Below are positions 1-15,400 of a stretch of 64,000 nucleotides of DNA, one piece after another. The stretch spans positions 249,178,001-249,242,000 of the forward strand of contig OZ024743.1 in assembly GCA_964016885.1 (NCBI GenBank). The letters run 5' to 3'. Made by a program: the position numbers and the translations under genes. The DNA is from Eledone cirrhosa. Taxonomy: Eukaryota. The notes beneath the pieces were generated by a model. That model did no database searches and was not told where the DNA came from. It saw nothing but the letters and a program-made list of their open reading frames with translations. How positions within the stretch are numbered: position 1 is the stretch's first letter; each line of letters opens with the position of its first letter.

Positions 1-112
1 AGGCACAGTTATCCAACCATGTCTTGTCTTAGACAGTGGTAACCCATCCAACCAATGCCAGCATTGAAAACAGATGTATGATGATGTCAATGATGATAAT
101 GTCAATATAAAT
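1..112. other. Non-satellite flanking sequence, unassigned
   Basis: No match to the 26-mer. Contains a short imperfect ATG-rich duplication at 78-104. Too short to assign. Confidence 0.6.
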
Positions 113-354
113 AGCTCATATTAAATACATGTGTAAAGAGTATCATACCAACTCTATAAAGGCAATAGTAATGTGCTGACTTAATAGGCAATAGCAATAT
201 GTTATTACATAGGCCATAGTAATGTGTTAACTACACGTTAACTACATAGGTAACAGTAATATGTTAACTATATAAGCAATAGTAATGTGTTGACTACACA
301 TTGACTATATAGGTAACAGTAATGTGCTAGCTACATGTTAACTACATAGACAAC
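113..354 (+). repeat. Degenerate array edge / junction monomers (25-37 bp)
   Basis: Units become progressively more consensus-like: 113-138 and 139-166 (traces only), 167-192 AGTAATGTGCTGACTTAATAGGCAAT, 193-217 (25 bp), 218-254 (37 bp), 255-280 (26 bp), 281-317 (37 bp), 318-354 (37 bp). Confidence 0.85.
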
Positions 355-489
355 AGTAATGTGTTAACTACATAGACAACAGTAATATGTTAACTACATA
401 GACAACAGTAATATATTAACTACATAGACAACAGTAATATGTTAAATACATAGGCAACAGTAATATGTTAACTACATAGACAACAGTAA

Positions 490-3400
490 TGTGTTAACTA
501 CATAGGCAACAGTAATATGTTAAATACATAGGCAACAGTAATGTGTTAACTATATAGACAACAGTAATATGTTAACTACATAGGCAACAGTAATATGTTA
601 ACTACATAGACAACAGTAATATATTAACTACATAGACAACAGTAATATGTTAACTACATAGGCAACAGTAATGTGTTAACTACATAGACAACAGTAACGT
701 GTTAACTACGTAGGCAACAGTAAAGTGTTAACTACATAGGCAACAGTAATGTGTTAACTACATAGACAACAGTAACGTGTTAACTACATAGACAACAGTA
801 AAGTGTTAACTACATAGACAACAGTAATGTGTTAACTACATAAACAACAGTAATATGTTAAATACATAGACAACAGTAATGTGTTAACTACATAGACAAC
901 AGTAAAGTGTTAACTACATAGACAACAGTAATGTGTTAACTATTTAGACAACTGTAACGTGTTAACTACATAGACAACTGTAATGTGTTAACTACATAGA
1001 CAACAGTAATGTGTTAACTACATAGGCAACAGTAATGTGTTAAGTACATAGACAACAGTAATGTGTTAACTACATAGACAACAGTAATGTTTTAACTACA
1101 TAGAGAACTGTAATGTGTTAACTACATAGACAACTGTAATGTGTTAACTACATAGACAACAGTAAAGTGTTAACTACATAGGCAACAGTAATGTGTTAAC
1201 TACATAGACAACAGTAATATGTAAACTACATAGGCAACAGTAATGTGTTAACTACATAGGCAACAGTAAAGTGTTAACTACATAGGCAACAGTAAAGTGT
1301 TAACTACATAGGCAACAGTAATGTGTTAACTACATAGGCAACAGTAATGTGTTAACTACATAGACAACAGTAATGTGTTAACTACATAGGCAACAGTAAT
1401 GTGTTAACTACATAGACAACAGTAAAGCGTTAACTACATAGACAACAGTAATGTGTTAACTACATAGACAACAGTAAAGTGTTAACTACATAGACAACAG
1501 TAATATGTTAACTACATAGACAGCAGTAATATGTTAACTACATAGACAACAGTAATATGTTAACTACATAGGCAACAGTAATGTGATGTCTATATAGGCA
1601 TAAGTAATGTGTTAACTACATAGACAACAGTAATATGTTAAATACATAGACAACAGTAATGTGTTAACTACATAGACAACAGTAATGTGTTAACTACATA
1701 GACAACAGTAATGTGTTAACTACATAGACAACAGTAATGTGTTAACTACATAGACAACTGTAATGTGTTAACTACATAGATAACTGTAATGTGTTAACTA
1801 CATACACAACAGTAATGTGTTAACTACATAGGCAACAGTAAAGTGTTAACTACATAGGCAACAGTAATGTGTTAACTACATAGAGAACAGTAATATGTTA
1901 ACTACATAGGCAACAGTGATGTGTTAACTACATAGACAACAGTAATATGTTAACTACATAGACAACTGTAATGTGTTAACTACATAGACAACTGTAATGT
2001 GTTAACTACATAGACAACAGTAATATGTTAACTACATAGACAACAGTAAAGTGTTAACTACATAGGCAACAGTAATGTGTTAACTACATAGGCAAGAGTA
2101 ATGTGTTAACTACATAGACAACAGTAATATGTTAACTACATAGACAACAGTAAAGTGTTAACTACATACGCAACAGTAATGTGTTAACTACATAGACAAG
2201 AGTAATGTGTTAACCACATAGACAACAGTAATGTGTTAACTACATAGGCAACAGTAATGTGTTAACTACATAGGCAACTATAATATGTTAACTACATAGA
2301 GAACAGTAATATGTTAACTACATAGACAACAGTAATGTGTTAACTACATAGACAACAGTAATGTGTTAACTACATAGGCAACAGTAATATGTTAACTACA
2401 TAGACAACAGTAATGTGTTAACTACATAGACAACAGTAATATGTTAACTACATAGACAACAGTAATATGTTAACTACATAGACAACAGTAATATGTTAAC
2501 TACATAGGCAACAGTAATGTGATGGCTATATAGGCATAAGTAATGTGTTAACTACATAGACAACAGTAATGTGTTAACTACATAGGAAACTGTAATATGT
2601 TAACTACATAGACAACAGTAATATGTTAACTACATAGACAACAGTAATGTGTTGACTCCATAGGCAACAGTAATGTGTTACCTACATAGACAACTGTAAT
2701 GTGTTAACTACATAGACAACAGTAATATGTTAACTACATAGACAACTGTAATGTGTTAACTACATAGGCAACAGTAATGTGTTAACTACATAGACAGCTG
2801 TAATGTGTTAACTACATAGGCAACAGTAATGTGTTAACTACATATACTACAGTAATATGTTGACTACATAGACAACTGTAATGTGTTAACTACATAGGCA
2901 ACAGTAATGTGTTAACTACATAGGCAACTGTAATATATTAACTACATAGACAACAGTAATATGTTAACTACATAGACAACAGTAATGTGTTAACTACATA
3001 GGCAACAGTAATGTGTTAACTACATAGACAACAGTAATATGTTAACTACATAGACAACAGTAATGTGTTAACTACATAGACAACAGTAATGTGTTAACTA
3101 CATAGACAACTGTAATGTGTTAACTACATAGACAACAGTAATATGTTAACTACATAGACAACTATAACGTGTTAACTACATAGGCAACAGTAATGTGTTA
3201 ACTACATAGACAACTGTAATGTGTTAACTACATAGGCAACAGTAATGTGTTAACTACATAGACAACAGTAATATGTTGACTACATAGACAACTGTAATGT
3301 GTTAACTACATAGGCAACAGTAATGTGTTAACTGCATAGGCAACTGTAATATATTAACTACATAGACAACAGTAATATGTTAACTACATAAAAACTGTAA

Positions 3401-6400
3401 TGTGCTAACTACATAGGCAACAGTAATGTGTTAACTACATAGGCAACAATAATGTGTTAACTACATAGACACAGTAATGTGTTAACTACATAGGCAACAG
3501 TAATATGTTAACTACATAGGCAACAGTAAAGTGTTAACTACATAGGCAACAGTAATATGTTAACTACATAGACAACAGTAATGTGTTAAGTACATAGACA
3601 ACAGTAATGTGTTAACTACATAGACAACAGTAATGTGATGTCTATATAGGCAATAGTAATGTGTTAACTACATAGACAACAGTAAAGTGTTAACTACATA
3701 GACAAAAGTAATATGTTAACTACATAGACAACAGTAATATGTTAACTACATAGACAACAGTAATGTGTTAACTACATAGGCAACTGTAATATGTTAACTA
3801 CATAGACAACAGTAAAGTGTTAACTACATAGACAACAGTAATATGTTAACTACATAGACAACAGTAATATGTTAACTACATAGACAACAGTAATGTGTTA
3901 ACTACATAGGCAACAGTAATATGTTAAATACATAGGCAACAGTAATGTGTTAACTATATAGACAACAGTAATATGTTAACTACATAGGCAACAGTAATAT
4001 GTTAACTACATAGACAACAGTAATATATTAACTACATAGACAACAGTAATATGTTAACTACATAGGCAACAGTAATGTGTTAACTACATAGACAACAGTA
4101 ACGTGTTAACTACGTAGGCAACAGTAAAGTGTTAACTACATAGGCAACAGTAATGTGTTAACTACATAGACAACAGTAACGTGTTAACTACATAGACAAC
4201 AGTAAAGTGTTAACTACATAGACAACAGTAATGTGTTAACTACATAAACAACAGTAATATGTTAAATACATAGACAACAGTAATGTGTTAACTACATAGA
4301 CAACAGTAAAGTGTTAACTACATAGGCAACAGTAATGTGTTAACTACATAGACAACAGTAATATGTTAAATACATAGACAACAGTAATGTGTTAACTACA
4401 TAGACAACAGTAATGTGTTAACTATTTAGACAACTGTAACGTGTTAACTACATAGACAACAGTAATGTGTTAACTACATAGGCAACAGTAATGTGTTAAG
4501 TACATAGACAACAGTAATGTGTTAACTACATAGACAACAGTAATGTTTTAACTACATAGAGAACTGTAATGTGTTAACTACATAGACAACTGTAATGTGT
4601 TAACTACATAGACAACAGTAAAGTGTTAACTACATAGGCAACAGTAATGTGTTAACTACATAGACAACAGTAATATGTAAACTACATAGGCAACAGTAAT
4701 GTGTTAACTACATAGGCAACAGTAAAGTGTTAACTACATAGGCAACAGTAAAGTGTTAACTACATAGGCAACAGTAATGTGTTAACTACATAGGCAACAG
4801 TAATGTGTTAACTACATAGACAACAGTAATGTGTTAACTACATAGGCAACAGTAATGTGTTAACTACATAGACAACAGTAAAGCGTTAACTACATAGACA
4901 ACAGTAATGTGTTAACTACATAGACAACAGTAAAGTGTTAACTACATAGACAACAGTAATATGTTAACTACATAGACAGCAGTAATATGTTAACTACATA
5001 GACAACAGTAATATGTTAACTACATAGGCAACAGTAATGTGATGTCTATATAGGCATAAGTAATGTGTTAACTACATAGACAACAGTAATATGTTAAATA
5101 CATAGACAACAGTAATGTGTTAACTACATAGACAACAGTAATGTGTTAACTACATAGACAACAGTAATGTGTTAACTACATAGGCAACAGTAAAGTGTTA
5201 ACTACATAGGCAACAGTAATGTGTTAACTACATAGAGAACAGTAATATGTTAACTACATAGGCAACAGTGATGTGTTAACTACATAGACAACAGTAATAT
5301 GTTAACTACATAGACAACTGTAATGTGTTAACTACATAGACAACTGTAATGTGTTAACTACATAGACAACAGTAATATGTTAACTACATAGACAACAGTA
5401 AAGTGTTAACTACATAGGCAACAGTAATGTGTTAACTACATAGGCAAGAGTAATGTGTTAACTACATAGACAACAGTAATATGTTAACTACATAGACAAC
5501 AGTAAAGTGTTAACTACATACGCAACAGTAATGTGTTAACTACATAGACAAGAGTAATGTGTTAACCACATAGACAACAGTAATGTGTTAACTACATAGG
5601 CAACAGTAATGTGTTAACTACATAGGCAACTATAATATGTTAACTACATAGAGAACAGTAATATGTTAACTACATAGACAACAGTAATGTGTTAACTACA
5701 TAGACAACAGTAATGTGTTAACTACATAGGCAACAGTAATATGTTAACTACATAGACAACAGTAATGTGTTAACTACATAGACAACAGTAATATGTTAAC
5801 TACATAGACAACAGTAATATGTTAACTACATAGACAACAGTAATATGTTAACTACATAGGCAACAGTAATGTGATGGCTATATAGGCATAAGTAATGTGT
5901 TAACTACATAGACAACAGTAATGTGTTAACTACATAGGCAACTGTAATATGTTAACTACATAGACAACAGTAATATGTTAACTACATAGACAACAGTAAT
6001 GTGTTGACTCCATAGGCAACAGTAATGTGTTACCTACATAGACAACTGTAATGTGTTAACTACATAGACAACAGTAATATGTTAACTACATAGACAACTG
6101 TAATGTGTTAACTACATAGGCAACAGTAATGTGTTAACTACATAGACAGCTGTAATGTGTTAACTACATAGGCAACAGTAATGTGTTAACTACATATACT
6201 ACAGTAATATGTTGACTACATAGACAACTGTAATGTGTTAACTACATAGGCAACAGTAATGTGTTAACTACATAGGCAACTGTAATATATTAACTACATA
6301 GACAACAGTAATATGTTAACTACATAGACAACAGTAATGTGTTAACTACATAGGCAACAGTAATGTGTTAACTACATAGACAACAGTAATATGTTAACTA

Positions 6401-9400
6401 CATAGACAACAGTAATGTGTTAACTACATAGACAACAGTAATGTGTTAACTACATAGACAACTGTAATGTGTTAACTACATAGACAACAGTAATATGTTA
6501 ACTACATAGACAACTATAACGTGTTAACTACATAGGCAACAGTAATGTGTTAACTACATAGACAACTGTAATGTGTTAACTACATATGCAACAGTAATGT
6601 GTTAACTACATAGACAACAGTAATATGTTGACTACATAGACAACTGTAACGTGTTAACTACATAGGCAACAGTAATGTGTTAACTGCATAGGCAACTATA
6701 ATATATTAACTACATAGACAACAGTAATATGTTAACTACATAAAAACTGTAATGTGCTAACTACATAGGCAACAGTAATGTGTTAACTACATAGGCAACA
6801 ATAATGTGTTAACTACATAGACACAGTAATGTGTTAACTACATAGGCAACAGTAATATGTTAACTACATAGGCAACAGTAAAGTGTTAACTACATAGGCA
6901 ACAGTAATATGTTAACTACATAGACAACAGTAATGTGTTAAGTACATAGACAACAGTAATGTGTTAACTACATAGACAACAGTAATGTGATGTCTATATA
7001 GGCAATAGTAATGTGTTAACTACATAGACAACAGTAAAGTGTTAACTACATAGACAAAAGTAATATGTTAACTACATAGACAACAGTAATATGTTAACTA
7101 CATAGACAACAGTAATGTGTTAACTACATAGGCAACTGTAATATGTTAACTACATAGACAACAGTAAAGTGTTAACTACATAGACAACAGTAATATGTTA
7201 ACTACATAGACAACAGTAATATGTTAACTACATAGACAACAGTAATATGTTAACTACATAGGCAACAGTAATGTGATGTCTATATAGGCATAAGTAATGT
7301 GTTAACTACATAGACAACAGTAATGTGGTAACTACATAGGCAACAGTAATATATTAACTACATGGGCAACAGTAAAGTGTTAACTACATAGGCAACAGTA
7401 ATATGTTAACTACATAGGCAACTGTAATATGTTAACTACATAGACAACTGTAATGTGTTAACTACATAGACAACAGTAAAGTGTTAACTACATAGGCAAC
7501 AGTAATGTGTTAACTACATAGACAACAGTAATATGTAAACTACATAGGCAACGGTAACGTGTTAACTACATAGGCAACAGTAAAGTGTTAACTACATAGG
7601 CAACAGTAAAGTGTTAACTACATAGACAACTGTAATGTGTTAACTACATATGCAACAGTAATGTGTTAACTACATAGACAGCTGTAATGTGTTAACTACA
7701 TAGGCAACAGTAATGTGTTAACTACATATACAACAGTAATATGTTGACTACATAGACAAATGTAATGTGTTAACTACATAGGCAACAGTAATGTGTTAAC
7801 TGCATAGGCAACTGTAATATATTAACTACATAGACAACAGTAATATGTTAACTACATAGAAAACTGTAATGTGTTAACTACATAGGCAACAGTAATGTGT
7901 TAACTACATAGACAACAGTAATATGTTAACTACATAGGCAACAATAATGTGTTAACTACATAGACACAGTAATGTGTTAACTACATAGGCAACAGTAATA
8001 TTTTAACTACATAGGCAACAGTAAAGTGTTAACTACATAGGCAACAGTAATATGTTAACTACATAGACAACAGTAATGTGTTAAGTACATAGACAACAGT
8101 AATGTGTTAACTACATAGACAACAGTAATGTGTTAACTACATAGACAACAGTAAAGTGTTAACTACATAGGCAACAGTAATGTGTTAACTACATAGACAA
8201 CAGTAATATGTAAACTACATAGGCAACAGTAATGTGTTAACTACATAGGCAACAGTAAAGTGTTAACTACATAGACAACAGTAAAGTGTTAACTACATAG
8301 GCAACAGTAATGTGTTGACTACATAGACAACAGTAATGTGTTAACTACATAGGCAACAGTAATGTGTTAACTACATAGACAACAGTAAAGCGTTAACTAC
8401 ATAGACAACAGTAATGTGTTAACTACATAGACAACAGTAAAGTGTTAACTACATAGACAACAGTAATATGTTAACTACATAGACAGCAGTAATATGTTAA
8501 CTACATAGACAACAGTAATATGTTAACTACATAGGCAACAGTAATGTGATGTCTATATAGGCATAAGTAATGTGTTAACTACATAGACAAGAGTAATGTG
8601 TTAACTACATAGACAACAGTAATGTGTTAACTACATAGGCAACAGTAAAGTGTTAACTACATAGGCAACAGTAATGTGTTAACTACATAGAGAACAGTAA
8701 TATGTTAACTACATAGGCAACAGTGATGTGTTAACTACATAGACAACAGTAATATGTTAACTACATAGACAACTGTAATGTGTTAACTACATAGACAACT
8801 GTAATGTGTTAACTACATAGACAACAGTAATATGTTAACTACATAGACAACAGTAAAGTGTTAACTACATAGGCAACAGTAATGTGTTAACTACATAGGC
8901 AAGAGTAATGTGTTAACTACATAGACAACAGTAATATGTTAACTACATAGACAACAGTAAAGTGTTAACTACATACGCAACAGTAATGTGTTAACTACAT
9001 AGACAAGAGTAATGTGTTAACCACATAGACAACAGTAATGTGTTAACTACATAGGCAACAGTAATGTGTTAACTACATAGGCAACTATAATATGTTAACT
9101 ACATAGAGAACAGTAATATGTTAACTACATAGACAACAGTAATGTGTTAACTACATAGACAACAGTAATGTGTTAACTACATAGGCAACAGTAATATGTT
9201 AACTACATAGACAACAGTAATGTGTTAACTACATAGACAACAGTAATATGTTAACTACATAGACAACAGTAATATGTTAACTACATAGACAACAGTAATG
9301 TGATGGCTATATAGGCATAAGTAATGTTTTAACTACATAGACAACAGTAATGTGTTAACTACATAGGCAACTGTAATATGTTAACTACATAGACAACAGT

Positions 9401-12400
9401 AATATGTTAACTACATAGACAACAGTAATGTGTTGACTCCATAGGCAACAGTAATGTGTTACCTACATAGACAACTGTAATGTGTTAACTACATAGACAA
9501 CAGTAATATGTTAACTACATAGACAACTGTAATGTGTTAACTACATAGGCAACAGTAATGTGTTAACTACATAGACAGCTGTAATGTGTTAACTACATAG
9601 GCAACAGTAATGTGTTAACTACATATACTACAGTAATATGTTGACTACATAGACAACTGTAATGTGTTAACTACATAGGCAACAGTAATGTGTTAACTAC
9701 ATAGGCAACTGTAATATATTAACTACATAGACAACAGTAATATGTTAACTACATAGACAACAGTAATGTGTTAACTACATAGGCAACAGTAATGTGTTAA
9801 CTACATAGACAACAGTAATATGTTAACTACATAGACAACAGTAATGTGTTAACTACATAGACAACAGTAATGTGTTAACTACATAGACAACTGTAATGTG
9901 TTAACTACATAGACAACAGTAATATGTTAACTACATAGACAACTATAACGTGTTAACTACATAGGCAACAGTAATGTGTTAACTACATAGACAACTGTAA
10001 TGTGTTAACTACATATGCAACAGTAATGTGTTAACTACATAGACAACAGTAATATGTTGACTACATAGACAACTGTAATGTGTTAACTACATAGGCAACA
10101 GTAATGTGTTAACTGCATAGGCAACTGTAATATATTAACTACATAGACAACAGTAATATGTTAACTACATAAAAACTGTAATGTGCTAACTACATAGGCA
10201 ACAGTAATGTGTTAACTACATAGGCAACAATAATGTGTTAACTACATAGACACAGTAATGTGTTAACTACATAGGCAACAGTAATATGTTAACTACATAG
10301 GCAACAGTAAAGTGTTAACTACATAGGCAACAGTAATATGTTAACTACATAGACAACAGTAATGTGTTAAGTACATAGACAACAGTAATGTGTTAACTAC
10401 ATAGACAACAGTAATGTGATGTCTATATAGGCAATAGTAATGTGTTAAGTACATAGACAACAGTAAAGTGTTAACTACATAGACAAAAGTAATATGTTAA
10501 CTACATAGACAACAGTAATATGTTAACTACATAGACAACAGTAATGTGTTAACTACATAGGCAACTGTAATATGTTAACTACATAGACAACAGTAAAGTG
10601 TTAACTACATAGACAACAGTAATATGTTAACTACATAGACAACAGTAATATGTTAACTACATAGACAACAGTAATATGTTAACTACATAGGCAACAGTAA
10701 TGTGATGTCTATATAGGCATAAGTAATGTGTTAACTACATAGACAACAGTAATGTGGTAACTACATAGGCAACAGTAATATATTAACTACATGGGCAACA
10801 GTAAAGTGTTAACTACATAGGCAACAGTAATATGTTAACTACATAGGCAACTGTAATATGTTAACTACATAGACAACTGTAATGTGTTAACTACATAGAC
10901 AACAGTAAAGTGTTAACTACATAGGCAACAGTAATGTGTTAACTACATAGACAACAGTAATATGTAAACTACATAGGCAACGGTAACGTGTTAACTACAT
11001 AGGCAACAGTAAAGTGTTAACTACATAGGCAACAGTAAAGTGTTAACTACATAGACAACTGTAATGTGTTAACTACATATGCAACAGTAATGTGTTAACT
11101 ACATAGACAGCTGTAATGTGTTAACTACATAGGCAACAGTAATGTGTTAACTACATATACAACAGTAATATGTTGACTACATAGACAAATGTAATGTGTT
11201 AACTACATAGGCAACAGTAATGTGTTAACTGCATAGGCAACTGTAATATATTAACTACATAGACAACAGTAATATGTTAACTACATAGAAAACTGTAATG
11301 TGTTAACTACATAGGCAACAGTAATGTGTTAACTACATAGACAACAGTAATATGTTAACTACATAGGCAACAATAATGTGTTAACTACATAGACACAGTA
11401 ATGTGTTAACTACATAGGCAACAGTAATATGTTAACTACATAGGCAACAGTAAAGTGTTAACTACATAGGCAACAGTAATATGTTAACTACATAGACAAC
11501 AGTAATGTGTTAAGTACATAGACAACAGTAATGTGTTAACTACATAGACAACAGTAATGTGTTAACTACATAGACAACAGAAAAGTGTTAACTACATAGG
11601 CAACAGTAATGTGTTAACTACATAGACAACAGTAATATGTAAACTACATAGGCAACAGTAATGTGTTAACTACATAGGCAACAGTAAAGTGTTAACTACA
11701 TAGACAACAGTAAAGTGTTAACTACATAGGCAACAGTAATGTGTTAACTACATAGACAACAGTAATGTGTTAACTACATAGGCAACAGTAATGTGTTAAC
11801 TACATAGACAACAGTAAAGCGTTAACTACATAGACAACAGTAATGTGTTAACTACATAGACAACAGTAAAGTGTTAACTACATAGACAACAGTAATATGT
11901 TAACTACATAGACAGCAGTAATATGTTAACTACATAGACAACAGTAATATGTTAACTACATAGGCAACAGTAATGTGATGTCTATATAGGCATAAGTAAT
12001 GTGTTAACTACATAGACAAGAGTAATGTGTTAACTACATAGACAACAGTAATGTGTTAACTACATAGGCAACAGTAAAGTGTTAACTACATAGGCAACAG
12101 TAATGTGTTAACTACATAGAGAACAGTAATATGTTAACTACATAGGCAACAGTGATGTGTTAACTACATAGACAACAGTAATATGTTAACTACATAGACA
12201 ACTGTAATGTGTTAACTACATAGACAACTGTAATGTGTTAACTACATAGACAACAGTAATATGTTAACTACATAGACAACAGTAAAGTGTTAACTACATA
12301 GGCAACAGTAATGTGTTAACTACATAGGCAAGAGTAATGTGTTAACTACATAGACAACAGTAATATGTTAACTACATAGACAACAGTAAAGTGTTAACTA

Positions 12401-15400
12401 CATACGCAACAGTAATGTGTTAACTACATAGACAAGAGTAATGTGTTAACCACATAGACAACAGTAATGTGTTAACTACATAGGCAACAGTAATGTGTTA
12501 ACTACATAGGCAACTATAATATGTTAACTACATAGAGAACAGTAATATGTTAACTACATAGACAACAGTAATGTGTTAACTACATAGACAACAGTAATGT
12601 GTTAACTACATAGGCAACAGTAATATGTTAACTACATAGACAACAGTAATGTGTTAACTACATAGACAACAGTAATATGTTAACTACATAGACAACAGTA
12701 ATATGTTAACTACATAGACAACAGTAATATGTTAACTACATAGGCAACAGTAATGTGATGGCTATATAGGCATAAGTAATGTTTTAACTACATAGACAAC
12801 AGTAATGTGTTAACTACATAGGCAACTGTAATATGTTAACTACATAGACAACAGTAATATGTTAACTACATAGACAACAGTAATGTGTTGACTCCATAGG
12901 CAACAGTAATGTGTTACCTACATAGACAACTGTAATGTGTTAACTACATAGACAACAGTAATATGTTAACTACATAGACAACTGTAATGTGTTAACTACA
13001 TAGGCAACAGTAATGTGTTAACTACATAGACAGCTGTAATGTGTTAACTACATAGGCAACAGTAATGTGTTAACTACATATACTACAGTAATATGTTGAC
13101 TACATAGACAACTGTAATGTGTTAACTACATAGGCAACAGTAATGTGTTAACTACATAGGCAACTGTAATATATTAACTACATAGACAACAGTAATATGT
13201 TAACTACATAGACAACAGTAATGTGTTAACTACATAGACAACAGTAATATGTTAACTACATAGACAACAGTAATGTGTTAACTACATAGACAACAGTAAT
13301 GTGTTAACTACATAGACAACTGTAATGTGTTAACTACATAGACAACAGTAATATGTTAACTACATAGACAACTATAACGTGTGAACTACATAGGCAACAG
13401 TAATGTGTTAACTACATAGACAACTGTAATGTGTTAACTACATAGGCAACAGTAATGTGTTAACTACATAGACAACAGTAATATGTTGACTACATAGACA
13501 ACTGTAATGTGTTAACTACATAGGCAACAGTAATGTGTTAACTGCATAGGCAACTGTAATATATTAACTACATAGACAACAGTAATATGTTAACTACATA
13601 AAAACTGTAATGTGTTAACTACATAGGCAACAGTAATGTGTTAACTACATAGGCAACAATAATGTGTTAACTACATAGACACAGTAATGTGTTAACTACA
13701 TAGGCAACAGTAATATGTTAACTACATAGGCAACAGTAAAGTGTTAACTACATAGGCAACAGTAATATGTTAACTACATAGACAACAGTAATGTGTTAAG
13801 TACATAGACAACAGTAATGTGTTAACTACATAGACAACAGTAATGTGATGTCTATATAGGCAATAGTAATGTGTTAACTACATAGACAACAGTAAAGTGT
13901 TAACTACATAGACAAAAGTAATATGTTAACTACATAGACAACAGTAATATGTTAACTACATAGACAACAGTAATGTGTTAACTACATAGGCAACTGTAAT
14001 ATGTTAACTACATAGACAACAGTAAAGTGTTAACTACATAGACAACAGTAATATGTTAACTACATAGACAACAGTAATATGTTAACTACATAGACAACAG
14101 TAATATGTTAACTACATAGGCAACAGTAATGTGATGTCTATATAGGCATAAGTAATGTGTTAACTACATAGACAACAGTAATGTGGTAACTACATAGGCA
14201 ACAGTAATATATTAACTACATGGGCAACAGTAAAGTGTTAACTACATAGGCAACATTAATATGTTAACTACATAGACAACAGTAATGTGTTAAGTACATA
14301 GACAACAGTAATGTGTGAAGTACATAGACAACAGTAATGTGTGAAGTACATACACAACAGTAATGTGTTAACTACATAGGCAACAGTAATATGTTAACTA
14401 CATAGGCAACTGTAATATGTTAACTACATAGACAACTGTAATGTGTTAACTACATAGACAACAGTAAAGTGTTAACTACATAGGCAACAGTAATGTGTTA
14501 ACTACATAGACAACAGTAATATGTAAACTACATAGGCAACGGTAACGTGTTAACTACATAGGCAACAGTAAAGTGTTAACTACATAGGCAACAGTAAAGT
14601 GTTAACTACATAGACAACTGTAATGTGTTAACTACATATGCAACAGTAATGTGTTAACTACATAGACAGCTGTAATGTGTTAACTACATAGGCAACAGTA
14701 ATGTGTTAACTACATATACAACAGTAATATGTTGACTACATAGACAAATGTAATGTGTTAACTACATAGGCAACAGTAATGTGTTAACTGCATAGGCAAC
14801 TGTAATATATTAACTACATAGACAACAGTAATATGTTAACTACATAGACAACAGTAATATGTTAACTACATAGGCAACAATAATGTGTTAACTACATAGA
14901 CACAGTAATGTGTTAACTACATAGGCAACAGTAATATGTTAACTACATAGGCAACAGTAAAGTGTTAACTACATAGGCAACAGTAATATGTTAACTACAT
15001 AGACAACAGTAATGTGTTAAGTACATAGACAACAGTAATGTGTTAACTACATAGACAACAGTAATGTGTTAACTACATAGACAACAGTAAAGTGTTAACT
15101 ACATAGGCAACAGTAATGTGTTAACTACATAGACAACAGTAATATGTAAACTACATAGGCAACAGTAATGTGTTAACTACATAGGCAACAGTAAAGTGTT
15201 AACTACATAGACAACAGTAAAGTGTTAACTACATAGGCAACAGTAATGTGTTAACTACATAGGCAACAGTAATGTGTTAACTACATAGACAACAGTAATG
15301 TGTTAACTACATAGGCAACAGTAATGTGTTAACTACATAGACAACAGTAAAGCGTTAACTACATAGACAACAGTAATGTGTTAACTACATAGACAACAGT

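Noticed and set aside
78-104. ATGATGATGTCA / ATGATGATAATGTCA duplication in the flank, and a possible short ORF
   Set aside because: Too short and low-complexity. Any ORF here is only a few codons, and the GATGTC match to the divergent monomer is expected by chance.
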